Of a stretch of DNA of 64,000 nt, positions 20,329 to 32,318 are shown piece after piece (position 1 is the stretch's first letter; each line of letters starts with the position of its first letter). The DNA is taken from contig CAVUSO010000001.1 of NCBI GenBank assembly GCA_963744145.1, positions 928,001 to 992,000 of the forward strand. Direction: 5' to 3'. The stretch comes from an uncultured cyanobacterium. Lineage in GTDB: Bacteria; Cyanobacteriota; Cyanobacteriia; Cyanobacteriales; CAWUOF01. The notes beneath the pieces are model-generated. The model searched no databases. It was not told where the DNA came from and saw only the letters and a program-made list of their open reading frames with translations. The position numbers were made by a program, and so were the translations under genes.

Positions 20329-20595
20329 AACCAATCCGGTTCAGTTAGCTGTAGGGGCAAAGCATTTCGGCGAATCAATGATGGCTTCAACGAAGAATAA
20401 TATGACCGAAATGCTTTGCCCTCACCATTTATGTAGCCAACAGATCAACTATATATCAATAGGATTCAGTTAAGGATATTTTTGGAGATCTCGGTGCAAA
20501 AGAAGGGTGAAGCATTCGGGTATAATATTGCTGGTTCGATCGCTAAATTGTCGCCCGAATGCTTCACCCCTACAGTTAACTGAACCGGATTGGTT
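20329..20595. mobile_element. REPIN/MITE-like element with 29-bp terminal inverted repeats
   Basis: AACCAATCCGGTTCAGTTAGCTGTAGGGG ... CCCCTACAGTTAACTGAACCGGATTGGTT (1 mismatch); two internal hairpins, AGGGGCAAAGCATTTCGG/CCGAAATGCTTTGCCCT and GGGTGAAGCATTCGGG/CCCGAATGCTTCACCC. Confidence 0.85.
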
Positions 20596-20692
20596 GATCA
20601 ACTGGGAAAAGTTATTACTAAAAACTTTGGCTCAGAAACTTACTACAGAAATCCGATCGCCATAAAAAATATCTAAAAAATAAAATCTCAAT

Positions 20693-23476
20693 ATGTTAAA
20701 GACAAAATCTCCTCAAATCAATAAATCTGAGCCAGATCAAGTTGAGCGTCCCTCAGTTCCACTGAGGTTAATCCTGATTGCTCCCTTTGTAATGCAAATA
20801 TTTGCTGCGGTGGGATTAACTGGCTACCTGTCCTTTCGCAATGGTCAACAAACAGTTAATGATTTGATTCTCCAATTACAAACTGGAACATCAAACCATG
20901 TGCAACAATACCTGACTCAATATATGGCAAATCCCCGCAAAATTGATGAAATTAATGTTGATGCGTTTAATCATGGAGTGATCGCTTTAGATGATTTTCG
21001 GCGGATGGAACATATTTTTTGGAAGCAACTACAAGTTCATCAGGTTAGTTACGTTAACTATGGTAATCAAAAAGGTAAATATGTTGGAGTAGGCTATTAT
21101 GAAAAAGACCCAACTAAAATCACCATTGATACCTTTGATAAAACCAAGAGCAACAGAGCAGATAGATATCTTACTGATCAGCAGGGAAAGAGAATAAAAT
21201 TACTTTCTGACCATCCCCTATACGACTTTACAACGGAGGGCTGGTATGCAGATGGACTTAAAGCTGGTAAACCAGCATGGAGTAATATTTATATTTGGGA
21301 ATTTCCATTAAATATATCTATCTCTTGTAGCTATCCAGTTGTGGATAAAAAGGGTCATCTTGACGGAATTATGGGAGTAGACTTGGTCTTAAGTGATATT
21401 AGTTCCTTTCTTCGCAATTTAAAAATTAGTCCATCAGGACAAGCCTTTATTTTAGAACGCAATGGGCTAATTGTTGCTAGTTCTAAAATTGAACCATTTC
21501 AGAAAGTAGATCATAATTTGCAACGGTTAGCTGCCATTAATGCCAATGAGCCTTTGCTCAAACTAACCACTCAGAAATTATTAGAAAAATTTGGCAGTTT
21601 AGCAGAAATTAAGAATAATTCTCAATTTAACTTTGATATTAACAATGAACGTCAATTTGTCCAAGTAAATCCTTGGCGCGATGCGCTTGGTTTGGACTGG
21701 TTAATTGTAATAGTTATTCCTGAGTCAGATTTTATGGGACAAATTAATGCTAGCCAACGCACCACAATTCTTTTAATTATTGGAGCTTTAGGAATTGCAA
21801 TTATTCTTGGTATTTATACATCCCAATGGATTTTAAAACCGATCGCTCGCTTAAACAAAGCATCTCAAGAAATCACTAGAGGTAATCTTGACCAAAAAAT
21901 CCAACCGGAAAATATTAAAGAATTAGATCAGCTAGGACAAACTTTCAATGAAATGAGTCACCAACTCCAAGCTTCTTTCTATACCCTAGCCCAGACTAAT
22001 ACTGAACTAGAAAAACGAGTAGAAGAACGTACCGCTGAACTGAAACAAGCTAAACAATTAGCAGATAGTGCTAATCAAGCTAAAAGTGAATTTTTGGCTA
22101 ATATGAGTCATGAACTACGCACACCATTAAATGGTATTTTAGGTTATGCTCAAATTCTCGGACGCATGAAAGGACTTCCTGAAAAGGCCAGTAATGGAGT
22201 TAATATTATTCACCAATGTGGCTCACACCTACTAACCTTGATCAATGATATTCTTGACATTTCTAAAATTGAAGCCCGTAAACTAGAATTAGTACCCAAC
22301 TCGATCCATTTACCGTCTTTCTTGCAAGGTGTTGTAGAAATTTCCCAAATCCGCGCTCAACAAAAAGGTGTTGATTTTAAATATTTACCTGATCCGAATT
22401 TACCTAAGGGTATAATCGTTGATGAAAAGCGGTTGAGACAGGTATTAATTAATCTTTTAGGTAATGCGATTAAATTTACTGATCAAGGCAGTGTGATCCT
22501 AAAAGTTGAGCAATTAAACTCAAATACTAATCCAACTCTCTTCACTTACCTACGCTTTTCTGTTGTAGATACAGGTGTTGGTATTAGTAAGGAAGATATC
22601 CAGAAATTATTCCGGGCTTTTGAACAAGTGGGCGATCGCACTCGTCAATCTGAAGGGACGGGATTAGGATTGGCAATTAGTCAGCAAATTGTCCAAATGA
22701 TGGGAGGGCAAATTAAAGTTGAGAGTACCTTGGGAGTCGGGAGTAAATTCTTTTTTGAAGTCGAATTACCCTTAAATGAGGAATGGAGACAGCAATCAAC
22801 AAGTAATACAGGTAATATTATTAGCTATAATGGGGAGCCAAAAAAAATATTAGTAGTAGACGATCGCTGGGAAAATCGGTCAGTAATTGTCAATCTATTA
22901 GAACCCATTGGTTTTGTAGTTATGGTCGCTGAGAATGGAAAAGACGGTTTAGAGAAAATCAGAGAAAATCATCCAGATTTAGTCATTACAGATTTAGCTA
23001 TGCCCGTCATGGATGGGTTTGAGTTTCTTAAAACATTACGCAATGATGAAGCTTTAAAATATACAAAAGTTCTGGTTTCTTCAGCTTCAGTAGCGCAAGT
23101 AGATCAACAAATGAGCTTAGACGCGGGTGGTGATGACTTTCTCGCTAAACCAGTTAATGCCCAAGATTTATTTAATCTCTTAGCTAATCATTTAAAAATT
23201 ACTTGGAATTATGAAGAAGTAGAAACATTAAATCAACAAGAAATGGTATTTCCACCAACTATTGAACTTGAGCAAATCTATCAAGCTAGTCGAATTGGTG
23301 ATATGAATACGGTCATAAATGAAGTTCATCGGTTAGAGCAATTGACATCTGAATATCAACCTTTTGTTGCTCGTTTAATTGAGTTTGCCGATGAATTTGA
23401 TGATGCTGGTATTGTTAAATTCCTCGAACCAATTATGCGAATCGCAACTATTAAATCTGATCAGAATCTAGACTAA
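20693..23476 (+). CDS. Hybrid sensor histidine kinase (Cache-HAMP-HisKA-HATPase-REC)
   Basis: Two TMs, [37 protein letters not shown]...TDLAMP...KP. Confidence 0.95.
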   Translation: MLKTKSPQINKSEPDQVERPSVPLRLILIAPFVMQIFAAVGLTGYLSFRNGQQTVNDLILQLQTGTSNHVQQYLTQYMANPRKIDEINVDAFNHGVIALDDFRRMEHIFWKQLQVHQVSYVNYGNQKGKYVGVGYYEKDPTKITIDTFDKTKSNRADRYLTDQQGKRIKLLSDHPLYDFTTEGWYADGLKAGKPAWSNIYIWEFPLNISISCSYPVVDKKGHLDGIMGVDLVLSDISSFLRNLKISPSGQAFILERNGLIVASSKIEPFQKVDHNLQRLAAINANEPLLKLTTQKLLEKFGSLAEIKNNSQFNFDINNERQFVQVNPWRDALGLDWLIVIVIPESDFMGQINASQRTTILLIIGALGIAIILGIYTSQWILKPIARLNKASQEITRGNLDQKIQPENIKELDQLGQTFNEMSHQLQASFYTLAQTNTELEKRVEERTAELKQAKQLADSANQAKSEFLANMSHELRTPLNGILGYAQILGRMKGLPEKASNGVNIIHQCGSHLLTLINDILDISKIEARKLELVPNSIHLPSFLQGVVEISQIRAQQKGVDFKYLPDPNLPKGIIVDEKRLRQVLINLLGNAIKFTDQGSVILKVEQLNSNTNPTLFTYLRFSVVDTGVGISKEDIQKLFRAFEQVGDRTRQSEGTGLGLAISQQIVQMMGGQIKVESTLGVGSKFFFEVELPLNEEWRQQSTSNTGNIISYNGEPKKILVVDDRWENRSVIVNLLEPIGFVVMVAENGKDGLEKIRENHPDLVITDLAMPVMDGFEFLKTLRNDEALKYTKVLVSSASVAQVDQQMSLDAGGDDFLAKPVNAQDLFNLLANHLKITWNYEEVETLNQQEMVFPPTIELEQIYQASRIGDMNTVINEVHRLEQLTSEYQPFVARLIEFADEFDDAGIVKFLEPIMRIATIKSDQNLD

Positions 23477-23491
23477 AGACTCCTGCTCGAC

Positions 23492-24427
23492 CTAACTGAA
23501 TAAACTATTTCTTTGTGATGAGATTTTTAAATTAATAATAGACCATCCAAAAATTAACAAAAATAATACTAATCCGATCGTACAAGCATAGCTCATTTCT
23601 AAATCTTTAAAAGCTTTTTCATAAAGATAATAAACGATAGTTTTAGAACTATTTAGCGGTCCTCCTTGAGTCATAATATAAACTTCTTCAAATACCTTAG
23701 TTGCTGAAATTGCCGAAATTACCCCTACCAATACTAAATAAGGTCTCATCATTGGTAAAGTTACATCCCAATGCTTCCGTAAACCTTCTACCCCATCAAG
23801 AGCCGCAGCCTCATATAAATCTACAGGAATCGATTGGAGTCCTGCTAAGTAAATCACCATATAATATCCCAATCCCTTCCAAATTGTTACTACCATGACA
23901 CTCATCAGAGCTAAATTAGGGCTGGTTAACCAAGGAATTCCCTCGGTCATAGTTCCGAAACTAAATATTTTTAACCCTTGATTTAGTAACCCATTTTCAG
24001 CGTAGAGCCATTTCCAGGCAATCCCCGCAACTACCATAGAAATTATGACTGGTGTATAATAAGCTGCCCGAAACCAGCGAATTCCTTTAAGTTTCTGATT
24101 GACCAAAATTGCCAATCCTAACGGTAGAAATACTAAAATTGGCACGACACCAATTAGGTAAAATAAAGTATTGCGGAGAGTTTGCCAAAAAACTGGGTCA
24201 GTCCATAACTTCTGAAAATTCTTTAACCCTATCCATTGGGGATTTTGTCCTAACCCAGCATAATCGGTAAAGGAAAGATAAAAAGCTTGGACCGTTGGCC
24301 AAAAAACCGTTAAGCTTAAAACTATTAAGGCTGGTAATAGGAATAGATAAGGGGTAATTTTGTCTTTAACCAATTTCCCATCTGGCAAGTTTGCTTTTTG
24401 CATATTCATAAATAATAAATTTTTCAA
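23492..24427 (-). CDS. Carbohydrate ABC transporter permease
   Basis: EAA motif YLAGLQSIPVDLYEAAALDG, MTQGGP. Confidence 0.93.
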   Translation of the reverse strand: MKNLLFMNMQKANLPDGKLVKDKITPYLFLLPALIVLSLTVFWPTVQAFYLSFTDYAGLGQNPQWIGLKNFQKLWTDPVFWQTLRNTLFYLIGVVPILVFLPLGLAILVNQKLKGIRWFRAAYYTPVIISMVVAGIAWKWLYAENGLLNQGLKIFSFGTMTEGIPWLTSPNLALMSVMVVTIWKGLGYYMVIYLAGLQSIPVDLYEAAALDGVEGLRKHWDVTLPMMRPYLVLVGVISAISATKVFEEVYIMTQGGPLNSSKTIVYYLYEKAFKDLEMSYACTIGLVLFLLIFGWSIINLKISSQRNSLFS

Positions 24428-24492
24428 CTATAACATTTTTTTCCCTAGTTTGGTAAATAATAGCGTTATGGTAACTTCTACCTGAAAGATTA

Positions 24493-24513
24493 AGGGACTG
24501 AAGTCCCTACTAC
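24493..24513 (-). repeat. GTAG-headed REP-like palindrome
   Basis: Minus strand GTAGTAGGGACTTCAGTCCCT; related copy GTAGGGACTTTAGCCCC at 48920. Confidence 0.55.
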
Positions 24514-24527
24514 TAACCATATTTGGG

Positions 24528-25025
24528 CTAAGGTTGCTTTTGATCTTGTCCAAGCATCATATCCCGATCTAGAAATCTAGCTTCATGCTTTTCTGCTAAG
24601 TGTTTGAGTCGTTGAAGTTGAGATTTCATATCAGCTTTGGTGAAATTAGCTGCAAATAAATGGAAACCAAATCGAATCAGGGGGTTGGGAATAGTAAACT
24701 CAAAGCGATTAAGTAGATCAGTTCCCTGGGGTATGGGTTGACATTCCCAGCGATCGCGTCCCTGAAAAAAACCATCAAATTCCCAGACGATTAAACCTGG
24801 ACCTCGTTCCACCACGACATTTTCCAGAGTGGGGTATAACCAAGGGATTTGGATCACAAAACGACTAGGACTACCGATCGCGGTACTCCACTCACCCACA
24901 GGTTCACAACTTAATAGAGGATTCAACCAGCGGTGCATTAAATCAAGTTCCGTAATACAACGCTCTACTACTGGGACAGGGGCAGAAATTTGGATAACTT
25001 GTTCAAAAACTTGACTAGATGACAT
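24528..25025 (-). CDS. SRPBCC (polyketide cyclase/dehydrase-like) protein
   Basis: FEQVIQISAP, LMHRWLNP, FDGFFQGRDRW, QLQRLKHLAE. Confidence 0.85.
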   Translation of the reverse strand: MSSSQVFEQVIQISAPVPVVERCITELDLMHRWLNPLLSCEPVGEWSTAIGSPSRFVIQIPWLYPTLENVVVERGPGLIVWEFDGFFQGRDRWECQPIPQGTDLLNRFEFTIPNPLIRFGFHLFAANFTKADMKSQLQRLKHLAEKHEARFLDRDMMLGQDQKQP

Positions 25026-25247
25026 TTGTCCCCCAAACTAAAGGGCCTAAGTATCTCGGCAAAATCTCAAAAACCTTTAAGAAAATTTAGTTGGTATTTT
25101 TATCTTTTTCTGTCATGATTTTCGTAGCTGTAAAGAACTTAAATTGCACATTCTAATTAGGTTTTTGATGATTGTTTTGAGAATCAAACGCTAATCAACA
25201 ACTGTAACTTAATTCTGAACGGCTTTCTTCGGAAAATCCCCAATTCA

Positions 25248-26948
25248 TTGGAGGAAACCATGACTGAATACTGGCAAGAGATTACTCATACAGTGGTTGG
25301 TTTACCCATTATATCACTCACTGATATAATGGCGCAAAATCCACCGCCACCTAATCAAGGTCCAAATGTTTTGCAGAGCTTAATCAACGGTCCGGTTGGT
25401 CAATCTTTGATGAACCTAGCAATGGCAGTAGTCATCCTTGTGGTTGGTTGGTTAATAGCAACAATCATTGCTGCTGTGATCGGTCGATTACTAAATAGTA
25501 CCAGCTTAGATAATAAATTGGCGACATGGATTACAGGTCGTCCGTCCGGTGCAGAATCACCCCCAGTTGAAAAATGGATTACATCAGGGATATTCTGGAT
25601 CGTGATGATCTTTGTGTTGGTAGCCTTTTTTAACCAACTCAATCTGACGGCTGTTTCTACACCTCTAAATAGCTTTCTGAATCAAGTTACCTCATTTTTA
25701 CCTAGATTAGGTCTAGGTTTAATCTTGCTGGCAGGGGCTTGGATTTTAGCTACTGTCTCAAAAATGGTGGTAACGCGCTCACTCCAAGCCCTAAAAGTTG
25801 ACGAACATTTGGGACAGCAAGTGGGAGGGACAAGGACAACAGAGTCAAATCAGTTGGTGATTAGTGACACTTTAGCTAATACTCTGTTTTGGTTTATCTT
25901 GTTACTGTTTCTCCCATCAATTTTAGAGACGTTAGGGTTACAGCAAGCCTTAGTTCCAGTCCAGAATTTATTAGACCAAATTCTGGCGGCTCTACCGAAA
26001 ATCCTCAAAGCAGTAATTATTGGTGCTACTGGTTGGTTGCTAGCTCAGGTAGTACGTCGGATTGTCTCCAATCTTTTGCAAGCTACGGGTACAGATCGTC
26101 TTGGCTCTCAGTTTGGGATTACTGGGACTAATAACACCCAATCCCTGTCTGGGCTAATTGGCACGGTGGTTTATGTGCTAATTTTGATTCCGACAGCGAT
26201 CGCGGCTCTTAATGCTTTGGAAATCGAGGCAATTTCGACTCCAGCGATCGGGATGCTGACTCAAGTCCTGAACGTTATCCCCCAAGTGTTCACCGCTGGA
26301 TTCATTTTAGGAGTTGCTTATTTTATCGGGCGTTTTGTCGCTGATTTAGTTACCAATATCTTAACTGGTTTTGGCTTTAACAATCTGTTCTATTGGTTAG
26401 GTTTGCAATCAAAACCTCCAGCAGCAACTCAAACAACAACTTCAGATGTCAGGGATGAGCAAGCGACGGTCCTGCAACCGTCACCAGAATCAGCAAAAAC
26501 CCCTTCAGAAATTGTTGGGTTGATTGCCCAAATCGCCATTATCCTCTTTGCTACAGTCGCAGCTACGAATATTCTGAATATTCAAGCTTTGACAGCAATT
26601 GTCACGGGTATTGTAATTGTAGCTGGTCAGATTCTAGCCGGATTAATCGTATTTGCCATTGGGTTATATTTGGCTAATTTGGCGTTTAAACTGATTAGTT
26701 CGGCTGGCGATCGCCAAGCCAGGATTCTAGCTCAGACAGCGCGAATTGCGATTATTACTCTTGTTTCAGCCATGGCTCTGCAACAAATGGGTATTGCTAG
26801 CAATATTGTCAATTTAGCTTTTGGCTTGTTGTTAGGTGCGATCGCGGTGGCTATTGCGATCGCTTTTGGTTTAGGTGGTCGTGATATTGCGTCTGAACAA
26901 ATTCGGGAATGGTTAGATACCTTTAAGCAACCAAAATCACCTCAATAG
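25248..26948 (+). CDS. TM-helix-repeat protein (mechanosensitive channel/CmpX-like)
   Basis: Repeated LPxI..A..I...GW TM units; C-terminal AIAFGLGGRDIA. Start may be the ATG at 25260. Confidence 0.85.
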   Translation: MEETMTEYWQEITHTVVGLPIISLTDIMAQNPPPPNQGPNVLQSLINGPVGQSLMNLAMAVVILVVGWLIATIIAAVIGRLLNSTSLDNKLATWITGRPSGAESPPVEKWITSGIFWIVMIFVLVAFFNQLNLTAVSTPLNSFLNQVTSFLPRLGLGLILLAGAWILATVSKMVVTRSLQALKVDEHLGQQVGGTRTTESNQLVISDTLANTLFWFILLLFLPSILETLGLQQALVPVQNLLDQILAALPKILKAVIIGATGWLLAQVVRRIVSNLLQATGTDRLGSQFGITGTNNTQSLSGLIGTVVYVLILIPTAIAALNALEIEAISTPAIGMLTQVLNVIPQVFTAGFILGVAYFIGRFVADLVTNILTGFGFNNLFYWLGLQSKPPAATQTTTSDVRDEQATVLQPSPESAKTPSEIVGLIAQIAIILFATVAATNILNIQALTAIVTGIVIVAGQILAGLIVFAIGLYLANLAFKLISSAGDRQARILAQTARIAIITLVSAMALQQMGIASNIVNLAFGLLLGAIAVAIAIAFGLGGRDIASEQIREWLDTFKQPKSPQ

Positions 26949-26973
26949 AGTGATTCATTACTAGATTCAATGG

Positions 26974-27001
26974 AAAAGCTACCAATCTGGTAGCTTTTTT
27001 T
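26974..27001. terminator. Bidirectional intrinsic terminator
   Basis: AAAAGCTACCA-ATC-TGGTAGCTTTTTT between convergent genes. Confidence 0.8.
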
Positions 27002-27023
27002 CACTAGGGAGTCAAAATAGTGA

Positions 27024-27740
27024 CTAAGGTATCCATTCCAGTGCAATACCAACCCGATGATCGTGATTTTCTCTAGCATTTTGCGCTTGCAGATCTGTAG
27101 AAATTCGGAGGTTATGGGTGAAAGCATAACCAATGGAAAGAGTCGTGAGACTTACTTCTGTATTAGTGGTAGGTGTGATCCAACTTTGGGTAAAAGCGAT
27201 ATCAGCAGCACCACCACGAGACAAAACGAATAATACGCGCACACCCGAATTAAGCCCACTGCTAGAATAGTGGTCTGTTTCTAAATACCGATAACCTAAA
27301 ACTGGAGCGATGTTAATATAACTACCTAAAGGACGGAGGTAGTAACGTAAATCTGCTCCCCCACTGTGGCGATCGCCGTGAACAGATATTTGATAATCTC
27401 CACCTACCGTCAAACCTGTACGTCCAATGAACTGATCTTCAATCCCAATACTCCATCCACCGACTTGATGAGCAGAGGGAAACGGAGCAGATCCGAAACG
27501 AACCAGGGTGGAAAAACTGGGGTCATTTTTAATTTCTTCTAAAACATTAGGAACTTGACGTTGCCAACGCTGCAATACTGGACTATTTTTAATGACTTCT
27601 GGGTTTAAATCTAAGTAATCAGCCGGAGTAGAGTTACTTGGTGTTGGACTTGGGAGAGGTTCGCTATAACCCGCGGTAACCATACTCAATAACAAGCTTA
27701 TACTCAATCCTAAACATTCCCACCAATACCATGTCAACAT
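27024..27740 (-). CDS. Exported hypothetical protein, possible small beta-barrel
   Basis: Signal-like N-terminus, SPVLQRW...PNVLEEIKNDPSF motif, alternating beta strands ending VGIALEW. Confidence 0.75.
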   Translation of the reverse strand: MLTWYWWECLGLSISLLLSMVTAGYSEPLPSPTPSNSTPADYLDLNPEVIKNSPVLQRWQRQVPNVLEEIKNDPSFSTLVRFGSAPFPSAHQVGGWSIGIEDQFIGRTGLTVGGDYQISVHGDRHSGGADLRYYLRPLGSYINIAPVLGYRYLETDHYSSSGLNSGVRVLFVLSRGGAADIAFTQSWITPTTNTEVSLTTLSIGYAFTHNLRISTDLQAQNARENHDHRVGIALEWIP

Positions 27741-27868
27741 ATATAATAGCTAATGAGTCAGGAAAAAAGCAAGTTTTCATTATACAATTAGCTATCTATG
27801 ACCTGTTTGATCGACTACAAGATAGTCCTAATTGAAATAACTTTATAATATATTAAGAATCTTAATAC

Positions 27869-30049
27869 ATGACGAATATTAATGACCAAAACACAACCAG
27901 TCGGATTTTTACCCAGGGGACTTTACTAAATCGGATGACCCATCGGATTAGACAATCTCTGGAGTTAGATGAAATATTGTCTACCACAGTAGCAGAAGTG
28001 CGAGCATTTTTGCAGACAGATCGAATCAAAATTTATCGATTTGACCAAGATGCGACTGGGGAAGTGATTGCGGAGTCAGTTGATCACAAACGATTACCGT
28101 CGTTATTGGGTCTGCATTTTCCGGCTGGAGATATCCCTCCTCAGATCCGAGAAATGTATGTAAAAGCACGTCAGCGAAGTATTGTAAATGTGGCTACCCA
28201 ACAAATGATCTTAAGTCGGCTCGATAGTTCCGAAACCTCCCTAGCACTGACGGTAGAAGAAGTACAGCAAACACCAATCCAGGATATTTTGACTCGACCG
28301 GTTGATCCTTGTCATCTCCAATACCTCCAAACGATGGGAGTACAGTCGAGTTTGGTGGTGCCAATTATCGATCATGTTCAGGCTTGGGGATTGTTAATTT
28401 CTCATCATGCCCAACCTAAAGACTTTAGTGAGGAAGATTTACAAATTGTGCAAATGGTAGCCGATCAGGTTTCTATTGCGATCGCCCAGTCTAATTTGCT
28501 CAATCAAACTCGAGCCAGAGCATCAAGAGAGGCTCTAATCAATCAAATTTCTACTCTTCTGCACGCACCATTAACTATTAAAAAAATTCTCCAAGGTGTT
28601 TTGAAAAAAGTTGTTAATGCTGTAGATGGTGCTGGGGGGAGACTTTATTTAGTCCCGGTGGAAAATAATACTTCTGCCGAACTTTATACCTATGGAATTC
28701 AACCCGATCTACAAGCAAATAAGGATAACTTGACCTTATTAGAAGACTGGCCATATTGGCAAAATTTAATTCGATATTCTGGAGAATTAGAAGGAGCAGA
28801 TAATTTTTATTTAGCGGATAATAATCCTTGGGAAAATTATCAAATTAGCGATGATAGAAGCCAAATTTTTTACCATCAAACCGGTACTCAAATCCAGGTA
28901 ATTAATGACATTTACCAAAACCCACAGTTAGAATCCATTGCTTTTGCATTTCGGGTTACTCCGTTGCGGAGTCTAATCGCAATGCCATTAAAATATAGCC
29001 AACATTCATTTGGTTGTTTGACGATCTTCCATTCCGAAATAAATACTGATATAATTTGGGCGGGCAGATTTGATCCAGACGAGCGCCAGCAAAGAGTTCG
29101 TCAATCTTTCCAAGCATGGCAAGAATTAAAATTTGGTCAAGCTCGTCCTTGGACTCTTGATGAAATTGAACTGGTTCAAGCTATTGGGACTCATCTTTCA
29201 ATGGCCGTAATGCAAAATCGACTTTATCAATGGGAAAGAGAACATCGAATGTTGATAGAAATGCGTAATCAAGAACTAAATTTGGCTCGCTCTGCTGCCC
29301 AGGAAGCTAGTCGTTTGAAATCAGATTTTCTCTCCTCAACTAGCCACGAATTACGTACTCCTCTAACTTCGACGATTAATTATTTAAAATTGCTCAAAGA
29401 AAAATTTTATGATAACGAAGAAGAATTAGCAGAATATATTAACATTGCCTATCAGTCAGCGGAACATCTAGTGGCGATTCTCAATGATATTTTAGACATT
29501 GCTAAAATTGAAGCTGGTCCGATGATGGTCAACATAGAGCTGATTGAAATTAAGCCATTTTTAGAAAACCAATGTCAACTATTTAATCTTGAAAGTCGTC
29601 GTAAGGGGATTAATTTAAAGATTGAATGTGAAGTTGAAAGAGTTTGGGCGGATGAAATTAAATTAACACAGATTTTGTTGAATTTACTTGCTAACGCTTT
29701 TAAATTTACTAGCCAAGGGTCTGTACGACTTAGAGTAATTCAACGACCGATTTCTCCTGAGTCTCCTGAAAAATTAGTCGTAGAGATTTCAATTACCGAT
29801 ACAGGAATTGGGATTGATCCGGATCAAAAAGATAAACTATTTGAAGCATTTGTTCAAGGAGATGGCTCAATTAAAAGACGCTATGGTGGTACAGGTTTGG
29901 GTTTAACTATCTGTAAACGTCTGATTGAACTCATGGGGGGTCGGATTTGGCTGGATAGTCCTGGTAAAAATCAGGGTACTACAGTTACTTTCACTTTACC
30001 ATGTCAAGATCATCAAGAAAATTTAGAGTTCTCTAGTAAATTTGCTTAG
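27869..30049 (+). CDS. Knotless (PAS-less) phytochrome-type GAF-PHY histidine kinase
   Basis: LGLHFPAGDIP, VDPCHLQYL (bilin-binding Cys-His), tongue WAG...[21 protein letters not shown]. Confidence 0.9.
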   Translation: MTNINDQNTTSRIFTQGTLLNRMTHRIRQSLELDEILSTTVAEVRAFLQTDRIKIYRFDQDATGEVIAESVDHKRLPSLLGLHFPAGDIPPQIREMYVKARQRSIVNVATQQMILSRLDSSETSLALTVEEVQQTPIQDILTRPVDPCHLQYLQTMGVQSSLVVPIIDHVQAWGLLISHHAQPKDFSEEDLQIVQMVADQVSIAIAQSNLLNQTRARASREALINQISTLLHAPLTIKKILQGVLKKVVNAVDGAGGRLYLVPVENNTSAELYTYGIQPDLQANKDNLTLLEDWPYWQNLIRYSGELEGADNFYLADNNPWENYQISDDRSQIFYHQTGTQIQVINDIYQNPQLESIAFAFRVTPLRSLIAMPLKYSQHSFGCLTIFHSEINTDIIWAGRFDPDERQQRVRQSFQAWQELKFGQARPWTLDEIELVQAIGTHLSMAVMQNRLYQWEREHRMLIEMRNQELNLARSAAQEASRLKSDFLSSTSHELRTPLTSTINYLKLLKEKFYDNEEELAEYINIAYQSAEHLVAILNDILDIAKIEAGPMMVNIELIEIKPFLENQCQLFNLESRRKGINLKIECEVERVWADEIKLTQILLNLLANAFKFTSQGSVRLRVIQRPISPESPEKLVVEISITDTGIGIDPDQKDKLFEAFVQGDGSIKRRYGGTGLGLTICKRLIELMGGRIWLDSPGKNQGTTVTFTLPCQDHQENLEFSSKFA

Positions 30050-30466
30050 GTGGTAAACTTGAAAATATTATTAGTAGATGATGATTATATTCTCGCTCGG
30101 GGAACCGCCAAACTAATTGAGCGTCTGGGAGGTTACAAAGTTCATATTACTGATGAACCAGGAGAAATTTTCCGTCAATGTCAATCAGGAGAGATTGATT
30201 TGGTGATGATGGATGTCAATTTACCTGGGGCAACCTGGGATGAGCAAGAAGTTAGTGGTGTGGATTTATGTTTGCTGTTGAAAACTCAATCAGATACTGC
30301 TCATATTCCGATTATTTTACTCACTGCTTATGCCATGTATAATGAAAAAAAAGATGTTTTAGCAACTTCTAGAGCAGATGAGTTTTGCAGTAAACCGATT
30401 ACAGATTATCCTAAGTTAATTCAATTGATTACTGATGTCGTTGAAAAAAGTAAAAGTCAGCTCTAG
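30050..30466 (+). CDS. Single-domain response regulator
   Basis: LLVDDD, MMDVNLP, LTA, SKP; start abuts the kinase stop codon. Confidence 0.92.
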   Translation: MVNLKILLVDDDYILARGTAKLIERLGGYKVHITDEPGEIFRQCQSGEIDLVMMDVNLPGATWDEQEVSGVDLCLLLKTQSDTAHIPIILLTAYAMYNEKKDVLATSRADEFCSKPITDYPKLIQLITDVVEKSKSQL

Positions 30467-30491
30467 GTCAATTAGGTGTCCTAACGGAAGT

Positions 30492-32250
30492 TTAGGTGAA
30501 AGGGGTTATTTTACTAGCGATCGGCATTCTCCAACCAGTACCGAAAGCACGATCTGTAACTTTTAATCCTGGTGGGGCTTGTCTACGTTTAAATTCGGCT
30601 TTAGTGACCATTTGGATGACTCGTTCTACAATGGTTTTTTGGTGTCCTGCGGCTATAATTTCACCAGGAGATTGATGTTCATGGATGAGTCGATGGAGGA
30701 TATCATCTAAGATATCATAAGGTGGTAAAGAATCTTGATCAATTTGACCTGGTTTGAGTTCAGCACTGGGTGCTTTAGTCAGAATATGGTGAGGAATTGG
30801 GTTGTCGGGATTGGGGATTGCTTCTGTGAATTGCTGCGATCGCCAGCTAATATTGAGCCAGTGACAGATTGAGTATACTCGAGTTTTGGGGAGATCAGCG
30901 ATCGCGGCTAATCCTCCATTCATATCTCCATAAAGGGTACAATATCCCACGGCTATTTCTGATTTGTTACCAGTGGATAGTAATAAATGACCGAATTTAT
31001 TTGCGATCGCCATTAATAAATTACCACGAATTCGGGATTGGAGATTTTCTTCAGCAATTCCGAAGGATGTACCCTTAAATAAATCAGCTAAGGTGCGATC
31101 ATATTCTGTCATTAAATCGCCAATCGGCAAAATAGTTGTCTTAATTCCGAGATTTTTGGCTAATTCTAAGGCATCATTAATAGAGTGATCAGAACTATAG
31201 GGTGATGGCATTCAGGACCCCAAGGACATTTTCTGCACCAATTGCTACCGTTGCGATCGCTGCTACTAAAGCTGAATCTACCCCACCACTTAACCCAATT
31301 ACTACTTTCTGAAATCGACATTTTCCCACATAATCCCTGACACCTAATACTAAAGCTGCCCAAATTTCTGCATCGGCTGATTCTGGGAGAGAATTGATTA
31401 AACTCGGGATTAAATTTTGGCGATTTTCTGCATATTCTAAACTGATAAAATCCGACTCAAAAGCTTTAGCTCGACCGACAATTTGACCAGTGCGATCGCA
31501 AGCAAAACTATTCCCATCAAAAATGAGATCATCATTACCACCAACTTGATTGACATAAATGATTGGTTGGTGGTAATGTCGGGTACTATTACGTAACATA
31601 GCTTCCCGAACTTGTTGTTTACCAACAGTATAAGGAGAAGCGGAAATATTCACAATTAGATCAACATTTTGTTTAGCTAAATCAGCTAAAGGATCAGCTC
31701 GATAACTCCGTTTCCCCCAAAAATCGACATTGTTCCATAAATCTTCACAGATAGTAACACCAATTTTCATTGGCGATCGCGACTCGCTCTTGACTAAATT
31801 TTCTAATTCTTCCCCAGGTTCATCAAGAGTAAAAAAACTACTTTCCTGACCGGGTTCAAAATAGCGATCTTCATCAAAAACATCATAAGTCGGTAATAAA
31901 CGCTTATAAAAAAATTGCCGAATTTGTTGATTTTCTAATAAAGCAGCACTATTAAATAAAGGTTTCCCACCTTCTATCCCAGCTTGAGGATTAGGTTTAA
32001 CCGTTCCCACTAAAACTGCTAAATTTTTAGGTAAATCTCTAGCTAATTGTTGGAGAGTAACTTCCATTGCTTCAATAAAACTGGGTTGGAGCAATAAATC
32101 TCTTGGTGGATAACCACATAAAGAGAGTTCAGGAGTAAGGAGAAGTCTAAATCCGAGAGCAGATGCTTGATTTGCTGCGGTCAGAATTAAAGCAGCATTA
32201 CCAGTCAAATCACCAATAGTTGGATTGAGTTGGGCGATCGCTATTTTCAT
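30492..32250 (-). CDS. nadE: Glutamine-dependent NAD+ synthetase, frameshift near 31212
   Basis: Nitrilase-type domain (PEL, KRLLP, ICEDLW) and GLSGGVDS in 31195..32250; ENLQSRIRG, TGNKSE, PSAEL in 30492..31211. One extra base in CTG-A-ATG splits GVL/MPSPYS. Confidence 0.95.
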
Positions 32251-32318
32251 ATTTCTATCTGGATTGCTAATGGTTAATCGAGCAATAATTTTTCTGATTC
32301 AGACCGAAACAAAGACAG

